Notes under the pieces: generated by a model | What the model saw: the letters and a program-made list of their open reading frames with translations, nothing else | Databases searched by the model: none | Told to the model about the DNA's origin: nothing | In this document: in pieces, positions 27,947-36,769 of the stretch | Layout: each line of letters starts with the position of its first letter | Numbering within the stretch: the stretch's first letter is position 1 | From: Opitutales bacterium | Lineage (GTDB): Bacteria > Verrucomicrobiota > Verrucomicrobiia > Opitutales > Intestinicryptomonadaceae | Length of the DNA stretch: 47,137 nucleotides | Direction of reading: 5' to 3' | NCBI GenBank assembly: GCA_031547315.1 | Contig: JAVBSE010000053.1 | Coordinates: forward strand, 1 to 47,137 | Made by a program: the position numbers and the translations under genes

Positions 27947-29707
27947 ATGAAAGATAATTTTATAAAGGGAATATTAAATACGTCTGCCTCTATAGACTTA
28001 TTTCCTTTAAGGCGTACTCTTGGCAAATATTCTTACGCAAATTTTACAGGCGACATCAAAGCAGGTCTAAGCGTTGCAATGCTGTCTTTTTCTATGAGCA
28101 TTGCCTATGCAATGATAGCAGGCTTGCCTATTTATTATGGCATTTTTGGCTGCATAATTGCAGCTTTGATTTCTTGGATTTTTTCTTCATCGCACTATAT
28201 TTTATTTGGACCCAGCAATGCCTCTGCAGTAATGCTAATGAGCGCCTTTGCTTCTTTAGGGCTTGTAAATGAAGATCAAAGAGTGGCCGCGGCCGCAACT
28301 ATTGTTGTGTTTGTGGGCATATTTTTAATTTTGGCCAGCGTACTTAAAATTACCAGTTTTGTGCGCTATGTTTCCAGAACAGTGGTAACTGCATATATTT
28401 GCGCAGGTGCGCTTTTAATTATGTCTAAGCAACTGTCTTCTGCGCTTGGCATAAAGATTGAAAACGCAAATGGATTTTTTGAAATACTCATTGCATTGTA
28501 TCATAAAATTTCTGAAACCAGATGGGATGCAGTTTTTATTTCTGTTTGCGCACTTATAATTTTGTATCTGTGCAAATATTTTTTAAAGAAGCTCCCTGCT
28601 CAGGCAATGGCCTTAATATTGGCGTCTGTGATTTGTCTTTGCCTAAAAAAACCTTTGGGGCTTGAAGTAGATTACGTAAGTTCTATAAGCGTTTCAGACT
28701 GGAAATTTACTATGCCGGACTTTGGCATTGCCCCGCTAAGAGACTTAACTTTTGCCTCTGTTGCAGTTGCACTATTTTGTATAATTGAAGCAACTTCTAT
28801 TGGCAAAAGTTTAGCTGCAAAAAATGCCGACAGATTAAATACCAATCAAGAAATTTTCTCTCTTGGGCTTGCAAATATTGCAGCAGGAATGTTTACAGGC
28901 ACTGTGGAATCCGGCTCTTTAACACGTTCTGCGGCAGGCACAGAAGCCGGCGGAAAAACAGTTTTTGTAAACTTATTTTGCGCCGCATTCATGCTTTTGG
29001 GCTTATTGGTTTTAGGGCGTTTTGTAGGCTATATTCCTTTGCCTGCACTCTCTGCAGTGATTATTGCAATAGCGGTTCCCTTATTTAGCAAAAGAGCCCT
29101 TAAGCTTGCAATAAGAAGCACCAGGGCCGACGCTGTTGTATTTTTTCTTACATTTTTTACAGGCATAATTTGGTCTTTAGACGACTCTGTTTACGTTGGC
29201 GTTTGCGTATCAGTAATGTTGTTTTTAAAGAAGGCAAGCACGCCTGAAGTCATAGAAATTGCAATTGGAGACAATGGCGAAGCCCGCAAGCTTGAAGATA
29301 CTAAAAACAGAGAAGTTCCTGAAATTTCCATAGTTCACGTTGGCGGCAATATGTTCTTTGGAGCTTCCGACGCCTTTCAAGATCAAGTGCGCAGAATTTG
29401 TGAAGAACCAAACCTTAAAGTGATAGTTCTAAAGCTGGGCAACGCAATAAACTTTGATGGCTCTAGCGCCGGCGATATAGGCGAAGTTGCAAGCCAAATG
29501 CAAAGACGTGGCGGCGTTCTTTATCTTTCAGAGGCCTCTGCTGAGATAATTCAAATATTGAAGCGTTCCGGCATTATTAAGATTGTTAAAGAAAACAATA
29601 TCTTTCCTAAAAATGAAGATAACCCTACCTTGCCAACAGCAAATGCGCTAAAGGCCGCCAAGAAATTTTTGGGCAATCAAGAAAGCGAAGTTAAAATTTA
29701 CGTTTAA
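27947..29707 (+). CDS. SulP-family anion transporter with C-terminal STAS domain
   Basis: D.KAGLSVA...SIAYAMIAGLP..YG, NQEIFSLGLAN, GSLTRS, and STAS segment GNMFFGAS...V.VLK. Confidence 0.92.
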   Translation: MKDNFIKGILNTSASIDLFPLRRTLGKYSYANFTGDIKAGLSVAMLSFSMSIAYAMIAGLPIYYGIFGCIIAALISWIFSSSHYILFGPSNASAVMLMSAFASLGLVNEDQRVAAAATIVVFVGIFLILASVLKITSFVRYVSRTVVTAYICAGALLIMSKQLSSALGIKIENANGFFEILIALYHKISETRWDAVFISVCALIILYLCKYFLKKLPAQAMALILASVICLCLKKPLGLEVDYVSSISVSDWKFTMPDFGIAPLRDLTFASVAVALFCIIEATSIGKSLAAKNADRLNTNQEIFSLGLANIAAGMFTGTVESGSLTRSAAGTEAGGKTVFVNLFCAAFMLLGLLVLGRFVGYIPLPALSAVIIAIAVPLFSKRALKLAIRSTRADAVVFFLTFFTGIIWSLDDSVYVGVCVSVMLFLKKASTPEVIEIAIGDNGEARKLEDTKNREVPEISIVHVGGNMFFGASDAFQDQVRRICEEPNLKVIVLKLGNAINFDGSSAGDIGEVASQMQRRGGVLYLSEASAEIIQILKRSGIIKIVKENNIFPKNEDNPTLPTANALKAAKKFLGNQESEVKIYV

Positions 29708-31815
29708 CGTTTTTCGCTTAAATCTTCCAAACTGCGCCTTGCCCTTTCTATTTCTACAATAAGTTCTATTACTGTTTTTTTATCCGTATCAGGGCGCACA
29801 GTTAAAGAGGGCAGATCAACGCTTTGATTGCTTGTTGGGTCGTAAATTACACTTGTGAAATCGTCAATCTTTAGGCGGCTTATAAGTTTGTCATGCTTGT
29901 TTTTTAGCTGAGAAACTCGGGCAGAACAAGTTTGTTCATATATGTATTTATACTTGCCGATTTCTCGCCTTTCTTCCATTCCAACTTTTACAAACAAGAA
30001 GCTTTCTTTTGTATAATTTTTAAATTCTTGATTTGTGAAAATTTTAGATTTTCTGATTCTGCTTTCCACATCATTTGCAGAGAATTCTATTAGCAGCATT
30101 TTCTTTTCTTGCTTGGCTTGCTTAAGAGCTTTGTCAAAGTCGTCCTCCCAAAATAAAATTTTTTCAGGCATAGTGTTTAGAGCAGACCTTTGAAGGGGAG
30201 GATAAATCACTGCATTGGGATTATCCAATATCTTTTTTTGCACATAAGCCTCAAGAAGCTGAGTTTTTGCAATTTCAAAGTCGTCCATTAAACCCAATGC
30301 AGTTTTTTGAGTGGGTGTTATGTAAACAGACTTTTCTGTGATTGGGTCGACAATGCGCGCAAAGCCCTCGTTAAATGCGCTTATAAGTTCATTGTGCTTA
30401 TCGTGCAAACTTATGTCAGAGCTATTTGCATAAGGAAGCCTGCTTACGTATTTTAACGCTATGCCTACGCAGACAAAATTTTCATTCATATATTTTTTAA
30501 GCTCAGGAGCACCCCAAATATTTGCCTGAGAACCTGTGCCAAAAATATAATTTTCCAAGCCCCTTTGCAGATATGTTTTGCCAGGAAGTTGCAAAACAAA
30601 AATTTGCTTTTTTTCTGCTATCGCTTTCTTTTTTGCAAACTCATAATCTTCTACCCAATCTGCAGAAAAGTTTTCAGCATTTTTTGGAAAAACGTAGGCA
30701 TCTTGCCCCAATTCCAAATTCATTTTAGCAAGTTCTACGCCCGCAATAATGTCTGCAACACTGGGGTAGTGCCCACCTAAGGGCAAAAATATAAAGGCAT
30801 TTTTGCCGCTTTGCACATCATATATAGAATCTCTCCAATACCTTGCCAATCCATCCGAAATAATGAGGTCAAACTTATTTAAATATTCTTCATTTTGCTT
30901 TGCAAAGTTTGAAGCATACACTTTTGGCTTTGCCCTTATAAACTTATATTTGCCAACTTCTTCTGCCCTAATAAGGCCAAGCTTAAAACAGATAAAATTT
31001 TTATAAAGATACGCTTTCATTTCTTCTTCTTGCAGCAAGATATCTTTTTTTATTCTCATTTCAATATTCTCGCCAAGAAGCACAAGTATAGGCATGTGCT
31101 TTTCTTCTGAAAGCTTTTTGGCAAGCTCAAAGTCGTCCACCCAATTTTCCATGTATTCAAATGTGCCAATGCCTGAGGGATCGCTTAATGTTGCTTCAGG
31201 GTCGTCTACAATTTTTTTCTTTTCGTAGCCGTCAATGACCTGCGTTTTTGCAAGTTCAAAGTCGTCCATTAGGCCCAGCGCAGTTTTTTGATCAAGCCTT
31301 GCATTGGTATATTTGCCATTTTCTATATTTAAAATAATTGCCCTGTGCCTGACATTCCACTCATAATTTTTTAGTACCTCAAAATGCCTTTCAGCGAAAA
31401 CAGGGTTTATTGTGTTTGTGATGTCCACTCCGGGCTTAATTTCATCTGTTTTATTTTCTTTTCTTAAAATAGACATAAATACGCAGACAAAATTTTCTGC
31501 CACATATTCTTTCAATTTTTCATCAAACCAAATGCTTGCCCTTTTATTTATTGGCTTGCCAAATAGCACCCACTCTCTTTTAGGTTCTTCAAATTCTCCA
31601 TAGATAAGAATAAGTTTGTGCTCTGCTTGGGCTTTTGCTGCTGCGGTGTCAAAATCTTCAGTCCAGTCTGCAGTAATGCCCTCTGTTTGCAGCTTAAAAA
31701 GAAAGTGATAATTTGCGTCTGCTGCATTTTGAGCAAAGGCACAGCCTGCCCATAAAAACGCAAGGCAAAGGAGATAAAATCTTTTTTTGTAAGAACTCAA
31801 AAAACTAAGCAACAT
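29704..31815 (-). CDS. Secreted protein with four tandem thioredoxin-like domains lacking CXXC
   Basis: Signal peptide. Four W.(E/D)D(F/Y)..A...A....K.(I/L)(L/F) starts, each followed by Y..(E/K)(N/S)F(V/I/L). QKTALGLMDDFE.AKTQ is duplicated. Confidence 0.7.
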   Translation of the reverse strand: MLLSFLSSYKKRFYLLCLAFLWAGCAFAQNAADANYHFLFKLQTEGITADWTEDFDTAAAKAQAEHKLILIYGEFEEPKREWVLFGKPINKRASIWFDEKLKEYVAENFVCVFMSILRKENKTDEIKPGVDITNTINPVFAERHFEVLKNYEWNVRHRAIILNIENGKYTNARLDQKTALGLMDDFELAKTQVIDGYEKKKIVDDPEATLSDPSGIGTFEYMENWVDDFELAKKLSEEKHMPILVLLGENIEMRIKKDILLQEEEMKAYLYKNFICFKLGLIRAEEVGKYKFIRAKPKVYASNFAKQNEEYLNKFDLIISDGLARYWRDSIYDVQSGKNAFIFLPLGGHYPSVADIIAGVELAKMNLELGQDAYVFPKNAENFSADWVEDYEFAKKKAIAEKKQIFVLQLPGKTYLQRGLENYIFGTGSQANIWGAPELKKYMNENFVCVGIALKYVSRLPYANSSDISLHDKHNELISAFNEGFARIVDPITEKSVYITPTQKTALGLMDDFEIAKTQLLEAYVQKKILDNPNAVIYPPLQRSALNTMPEKILFWEDDFDKALKQAKQEKKMLLIEFSANDVESRIRKSKIFTNQEFKNYTKESFLFVKVGMEERREIGKYKYIYEQTCSARVSQLKNKHDKLISRLKIDDFTSVIYDPTSNQSVDLPSLTVRPDTDKKTVIELIVEIERARRSLEDLSEKR

Positions 31816-31952
31816 TTTTCTTAATTATAAAACTGGCAAATAGAAGAAAACACCATAATCTTAAAGCAGGTTAAGGCGTTAAAACCATTTAATCAAGAAT
31901 AAATATAATAAATTTACGCAGGTGTTCACACCCTCTTATTACACAAAGAAAA

Positions 31953-32631
31953 TTAAGGCGAAATTATCCAAATTTCTGTCACCCATGCATTCATTTCTGC
32001 CTTTGTATACCAAGCTGGCCCATGCTTTGGCCAATCTACTGCAAGCTCTCCTGTTTTTTTCATTATAGCCGATAACACAGTTTACAGAAGCTGGGCTATT
32101 TTTTGTGGGCTTTACTAATTTAGCATAAGCCGCAACATGTTCTTTCAGAGTCTCTAAGGTATTAGGACGTCTTTTTGCATCTATCTCTAGCCTGTCTTTT
32201 GAGCTTTCGCCCCATGTTGTGCGCATTAAGACCACTAAGCCAGAATCAATGCTTTTTTTGATATTTTCAAAATTAAATTTTGTGGAATATGTGCAATTAA
32301 CTTTAAATTGACGCTTAATTTGCCTTTCAAAAATATTGTCCCAAGAACTTTTTTTGCGAGAATTTGGATGCGGAAACACCTCTTTTAAAAACGACTTTGG
32401 CACTTCTGTAATACCTAAGTTATTGCAAACAAAAGCAGAATAAGCTATGTCGAAATTTTCAAGACTCCCCTTATTCCACTCATAAGTTTTTATAAGAACA
32501 TCATTGTTTCCATATTGCTCAATTCCATCTAAAAGAATTTGTTTTTGCTCTGCGCTAATTTGCCCCAAAACTTGAGAAGTAAACACAGTTAATAGACTGG
32601 CAAGCAACAAAACTATCTTTTTAATCTTCAT
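31953..32631 (-). pseudogene. Secreted C39-peptidase-like paralog 1, +1 frameshift near the C-terminus
   Basis: MKIKK signal peptide and IKKSIDSG.VV. Removing one A at 32054..32060 gives VIGYNEKTGELAVDWPKHGPAWYTKAEM...ISP* (stop 31953), which matches the paralog. Confidence 0.6.
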
Positions 32632-32651
32632 CTATATTTTGTAAAAAATTT

Positions 32652-33352
32652 TTATAATTTAATTTCCAAAGTATCTCTTAGCAAAGGCGCTAATTCTTTT
32701 TCAGAAATCCAAACAGGATAGCTTGGATTTTTCCCAAAAGATGAAACAAAGGCATATTCTTTTGTGATATCATTATACCCCATTATGATTATCAGCTTTC
32801 TGTCTTTTTTTGCATTTTTAGAAACTTTTACCCTGTGTTTCATTTGAAGATTCATAAATTTTTCGCGATTTTTTATGTCAACAATTTGGCGTTCTTCACT
32901 CCTTGCCTGTATTGCAGTCATTTCATCTACATAATAGTCTATTATCCCTGTAAAGCAGGGGTAACCTGCTTGAATTGCTTTTTTAATAGGTGTAAGTTTT
33001 GCACCTTTGTTAATGTACTGCATACTTATTCCCATTTCTTTTTTGCAGTAATCTGCAACTAACTTGGCAGATGTTTCAAAATTATTACTTTCTTCTCCTG
33101 CAGCAGATTTTAGGCTTTCGTAATTTGCATTAGGACTAAGATAATCTAAGTATTCTAAAAATTCCTTAGGGAAAGAAATATTTAAGGATATTTTAGGCGC
33201 ATTATTCACCTTCACAGGAAGCACAATATCGCCATTATCTTTCTTTTCTATTGCACTCTCTAATCTTGCCTTTAACTCTTTAGGACTTTCTGCAAATGCA
33301 AAAGTTGCAAAGAAAAACTGAAAGTTAAGAATATTAGTTTTTTTATTTTCAT
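32652..33352 (-). pseudogene. Secreted C39-peptidase-like paralog 2, -1 frameshift in the signal peptide
   Basis: ATG 33352 gives MKIKKLIFLTFS. Adding one T at the T5 run (33313..33317) gives ...FFFATFAFAESPKE, in frame with ORF 32652..33224 (IKKAIQAGYP, IIMGYNDITKEYAFVSSFG). Confidence 0.6.
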
Positions 33353-33430
33353 CTTGTATATAAAAATCTGCGATTAAAGTTATATTGACACTAAATAAAA
33401 CTTAATGTTCTACACCTGTCAATATTTTTA

Positions 33431-34258
33431 CTAAGATTCTAACTCAGCCTTCATTTCGTCGTAGTTATAATCAGGCTTAGGCGTTTTTAGTTTCATCTTC
33501 TTAAATGTGTCTGCTATGACTTCTGAAACATAGAGGTTTCTAAACCACTTTTCATTTGCAGGCACTATGTGCCAAGGCGCCCATTTTGTTGAGGTCTTTG
33601 CCATTATTGCTTCATAAGCCTCTTGATAGTCGCACCAATATTTACGTTCTTCAACGTCTGCCTTAGAAAGTTTCCACTGCTTTTTATCTTCATCAAGCCT
33701 AGCTTTTAGCCTTGCAGTTTGCTCTTCTTGAGAAATATGCAAAAAGAATTTTAGTATTGTTGCGCCTTCATCGACCAGCATTTTTTCAAAATTGTTTATA
33801 TGCTCGTAGCGATTTTTCCAAATTTCTTTTGGGCAAAGATTATGCACACGCACTGCAAGTACATCCTCGTAATGGCTTCTGTTGAATATGCGGATTTCGC
33901 CCTTTGCGGGAACCATAAAATGTATGCGCCACAAAAAGTCTCTCATTAAATCTATTCTTGTTGGGGCTTTAAAAGACGCAATATTCACCCCTTGCGGATT
34001 CATAGAAGAAAACACGTGAGAGATAGTTCCGTCTTTTCCCGCAGTGTCCATGCCCTGCAAAACAATTAAAAGTTTGTTGTTTGCATTTGCAGCAAAAAGT
34101 TCCTGATACTTAGAAAGTTTTTCTTTCAAAACAGCCAAGCGTTTTTCTGCTTTTTCTTTGCCGCCATCAAATGACAAAGTTGAGCTTGGGTCATAATCTT
34201 TTAAGCGGAAATTCTTATTCGGCTTTGAAATTGTGTACTTTTCTATTTTCATAGACAA
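33431..34258 (-). CDS. ppk2: Polyphosphate kinase 2 family (probably class III)
   Basis: LQGMDTAGKDGTI, SFKAPT, DFLWR, FNRSHYEDVL, LKFFLHIS and APWHIVPANEKWFRN. Confidence 0.93.
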   Translation of the reverse strand: MSMKIEKYTISKPNKNFRLKDYDPSSTLSFDGGKEKAEKRLAVLKEKLSKYQELFAANANNKLLIVLQGMDTAGKDGTISHVFSSMNPQGVNIASFKAPTRIDLMRDFLWRIHFMVPAKGEIRIFNRSHYEDVLAVRVHNLCPKEIWKNRYEHINNFEKMLVDEGATILKFFLHISQEEQTARLKARLDEDKKQWKLSKADVEERKYWCDYQEAYEAIMAKTSTKWAPWHIVPANEKWFRNLYVSEVIADTFKKMKLKTPKPDYNYDEMKAELES

Positions 34259-34333
34259 AGCCTATCAGAAAATAATATTTTTAACAAGCCTTTTAAAAGA
34301 TCAGAAAACAATTCTATTTACTTAAGAATAAAT

Positions 34334-34555
34334 AAAAAGTTGTCAAACGCTAGTTCAGACGAGCATACGAATTCAAACGAAGTGCGAATGAAATTTTGGC
34401 GAAGCCAAAAGACCCCGAACGTAGCGAGTGGGCGAGACGATTTGCGAATGCAAATGCGAGTCAAAAAAGCCCACGCTAGGAGTGTACAAATCGTACATGA
34501 CTAGTGTGGGCTTTTTTACGTAGCGGAGTATCAACTAGCGTTTCACAGCTTTTTT
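34334..34555 (+). repeat. Palindromic family 1, unit A, with nested 92-bp insert
   Basis: Terminal IR AAAAAGTTGTCAAACGCTAGTT / AACTAGCGTTTCACAGCTTTTT. Core AAAAAAGCCCACGCTAG-GA-GTGTAC-N5-GTACAT-GA-CTAGTGTGGGCTTTTTT. Confidence 0.8.
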
Positions 34556-34568
34556 AGAAACAAGAAAG

Positions 34569-34669
34569 AATACGTCTAGTGCTAGGCGCAAAAAAAACTT
34601 GCGGAAGGCGTGTACAAAACGTACATAACTTTCGCAAGTTTTTTGCAGCAACAACGCAATAGGCGTATT
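34569..34669 (+). repeat. Palindromic family 1, unit B
   Basis: AATACGTCTAGTGC-TAGGCGCAAAAAAAACTTGCGGAAG..GTGTAC-N5-GTACAT..CTTTCGCAAGTTTTTTGCAGCAACAAC-GCAATAGGCGTATT. Confidence 0.85.
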
Positions 34670-36416
34670 ATCTCTTGTTTCTGCGATATGCTGCAAAGCC
34701 TAGAGCTAGCACCCCAAATATTGCAGCATAAGTTGCAGGTTCGGGAACTACCAAAATTTCTGCATAAAGTATGTTATTGTTTGAACCGCCAAGGCTTAAA
34801 CCTTTATATTCAACGCCATCTTTTGTTGTAACATTTCCGTCAACAAGAGCTTCCCAGTCTGCAAGAGTTTTTGCACTGCCAGAAATAACTTTATCTAAAA
34901 GAGACTCCCCAGATACTGAAGAAATAAGCTCTACATAATAAGTGCCCTCTGCAAGAGTTATATTGGTTAAATCTAAGAATATATCGCTTTCAAAAGCCTT
35001 AGTATAATGAGCTGTAAAAATTGCATCAGCTGCATTTGTCGATTTTGTGTCAGAAAAATTTGAATTGCCTAAAATAAATTTAACATCCGCTGAGCTGTAA
35101 ACCTTTAGTTCCCAAGTATTATACATTGCAGATTCGCTTGCAGCCACAAAGTTATTATTTTCGTCATAGCCGCCAAACTGTATTGTGACAGCCTCTCCGC
35201 CAGCGCCAAAGCCCCAACTTTGAGCAGCCGACTTTGAAGTAACAGAAGAACCCTGCCCCATAATTATCAAAGTAGAGTTACTGCCAGTTGTAAATGCACT
35301 TACATTAGAAATTTTTGACACTCCGCCAAGCGTAAGAGTTGCATTCCCACCCACAGTAAGTATATTTTCGTTTAAATCTACTTGAGAGTTTGATAGCATT
35401 AATTTGTTTGAAGTTGCACCTGCAGCAGTAACATTTAAACCATTTGCTTTGATGTTGCTTACTTTGATAGATGAAGTAATGCTGGCACCTGCGCCGCTTG
35501 CCACAGAACTAATTCCACCTGCAATTACAGTAGTTCCGGCTGTAAGGTTTCCGTTTTCAGAATTTATTACTTTTAGATTAGTTAAATTCCAATCAACATT
35601 TGAACTTGCGCCAGATGCTGTAAAGTTGAGCCCTGTTAAGCCCTGCATTGCAGAATCTGAAACATTAAAAATAACTTTAGCGCCAGAACCTGTAGCTGTT
35701 GTGCCAATAGTTTTAGAGCCTAAAATAAGCCTGCTGCCATTTAGCGCTTCAAATGTTGTTTGTGTACCGGTAGTTGCGGCATTAGCGCCTGCATTTACAG
35801 AAAAATCAAATGTCTTCATGTCTAAAGACGAATTATTTAAAGACACAGTCAAATAATGATCTGCACTTTGGCTATTGCCAATTTTCCAAGCTTCTGTAGC
35901 AGTTGCTGTAGAGCCATTTTTAAGGTAAACGCCGCTGTCTTTGCCTGCAGTTTCATCATTAGGATTTACAAATTTTCCGCCCTGAAACTGATCTGCAAAA
36001 CCGCCCGAAAATGTTGAAGCGTCAATATTAAATTTCCAGTAGCCGCCGCCGCCCCAGTTTAAACGTTGGGCAGAAAATGTTGCGCCATTTGTAACACTCA
36101 TATCCAGCATATACTGATAATACAAGTTTGTGCTACCTGTAAAAGTTAAAGACGCATCTTCACCTGTAACAATTAAATTAGATGTTTTTGTGTACCCCCC
36201 TGTTGCAGAAAAACCCTTAACAGTTGCAGCAGAACTAAGTGTTACTGTTATGCCTGCGTCTATGCGAATATCGCTTGTTTCGATAGGCTTATTATTTTGA
36301 TACCAAGTGGAAGTTTCTTCCCAAGCGCCTGTCTTATTTGCAATAGACTGTGCAAAGGCTGCCGATGCAAGTGCGGCACCTAAAAATAAGAATAGTGTTT
36401 TCTTTGTAGTATTCAT
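34668..36416 (-). CDS. PEP-CTERM sorted surface protein (582 aa)
   Basis: Signal peptide, G.W....TW N-terminal motif, beta-strand-rich body, and VPEPATYAAIFG-TM-RRNKR. Confidence 0.88.
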   Translation of the reverse strand: MNTTKKTLFLFLGAALASAAFAQSIANKTGAWEETSTWYQNNKPIETSDIRIDAGITVTLSSAATVKGFSATGGYTKTSNLIVTGEDASLTFTGSTNLYYQYMLDMSVTNGATFSAQRLNWGGGGYWKFNIDASTFSGGFADQFQGGKFVNPNDETAGKDSGVYLKNGSTATATEAWKIGNSQSADHYLTVSLNNSSLDMKTFDFSVNAGANAATTGTQTTFEALNGSRLILGSKTIGTTATGSGAKVIFNVSDSAMQGLTGLNFTASGASSNVDWNLTNLKVINSENGNLTAGTTVIAGGISSVASGAGASITSSIKVSNIKANGLNVTAAGATSNKLMLSNSQVDLNENILTVGGNATLTLGGVSKISNVSAFTTGSNSTLIIMGQGSSVTSKSAAQSWGFGAGGEAVTIQFGGYDENNNFVAASESAMYNTWELKVYSSADVKFILGNSNFSDTKSTNAADAIFTAHYTKAFESDIFLDLTNITLAEGTYYVELISSVSGESLLDKVISGSAKTLADWEALVDGNVTTKDGVEYKGLSLGGSNNNILYAEILVVPEPATYAAIFGVLALGFAAYRRNKR

Positions 36417-36465
36417 AGTGATTCCCTAAATTTAAAATAGTGTATGTTTTTTCTAAAGTATTTGA

Positions 36466-36495
36466 ATACTATCAATATAGTATAGTATAGGTCAA
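36466..36495 (-). promoter_or_regulatory. Putative promoter with overlapping 7-4-7 inverted repeat operator
   Basis: Minus strand TTGACC-N18-TAGTAT. A perfect ATACTAT-CAAT-ATAGTAT palindrome lies at 36466..36483. Confidence 0.35.
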
Positions 36496-36574
36496 ATTTT
36501 TTTTAAAAAAACTCGAGAACTTAACCAAATATGAACACTTAAGTTTTGTTTTATTTAAGTCCTTGTCTTTTCCA

Positions 36575-36705
36575 TTTTGGCACAATGATTTTTGATAAAG
36601 AACAAGGCTTCAAGTAGTTTTTTAGGTGGATGTGTAGAAATACTACTCATCTACTCAAAAAATCTACGCTGAAACGCAGTTATTCGCAAAAAGCGTTTGC
36701 CAAAA
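36575..36705 (+). repeat. Diverged member of palindromic family 1
   Basis: TTTTGGCA..TTTTTG / CAAAAAGCGTTTGCCAAAA outer arms, AAGGC...AACGCAG internal loop, and core GTAG-TTTTTT-AGGTGGATG-TGTAG-N5-CTAC-TCATCTACT-CAAAAAA-TCTAC. Confidence 0.6.
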
Positions 36706-36737
36706 AAAAAGAGCCACTCGCTATGAGTGACTCTCTT
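36702..36737 (-). terminator. Rho-independent terminator after pckG
   Basis: Minus strand AGAGTCACTC-ATAGC-GAGTGGCTCT followed by a T tract. Confidence 0.8.
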
Positions 36738-36769
36738 AAATTTTGTTTTATTTCAAGCGTTTGCCAAAA

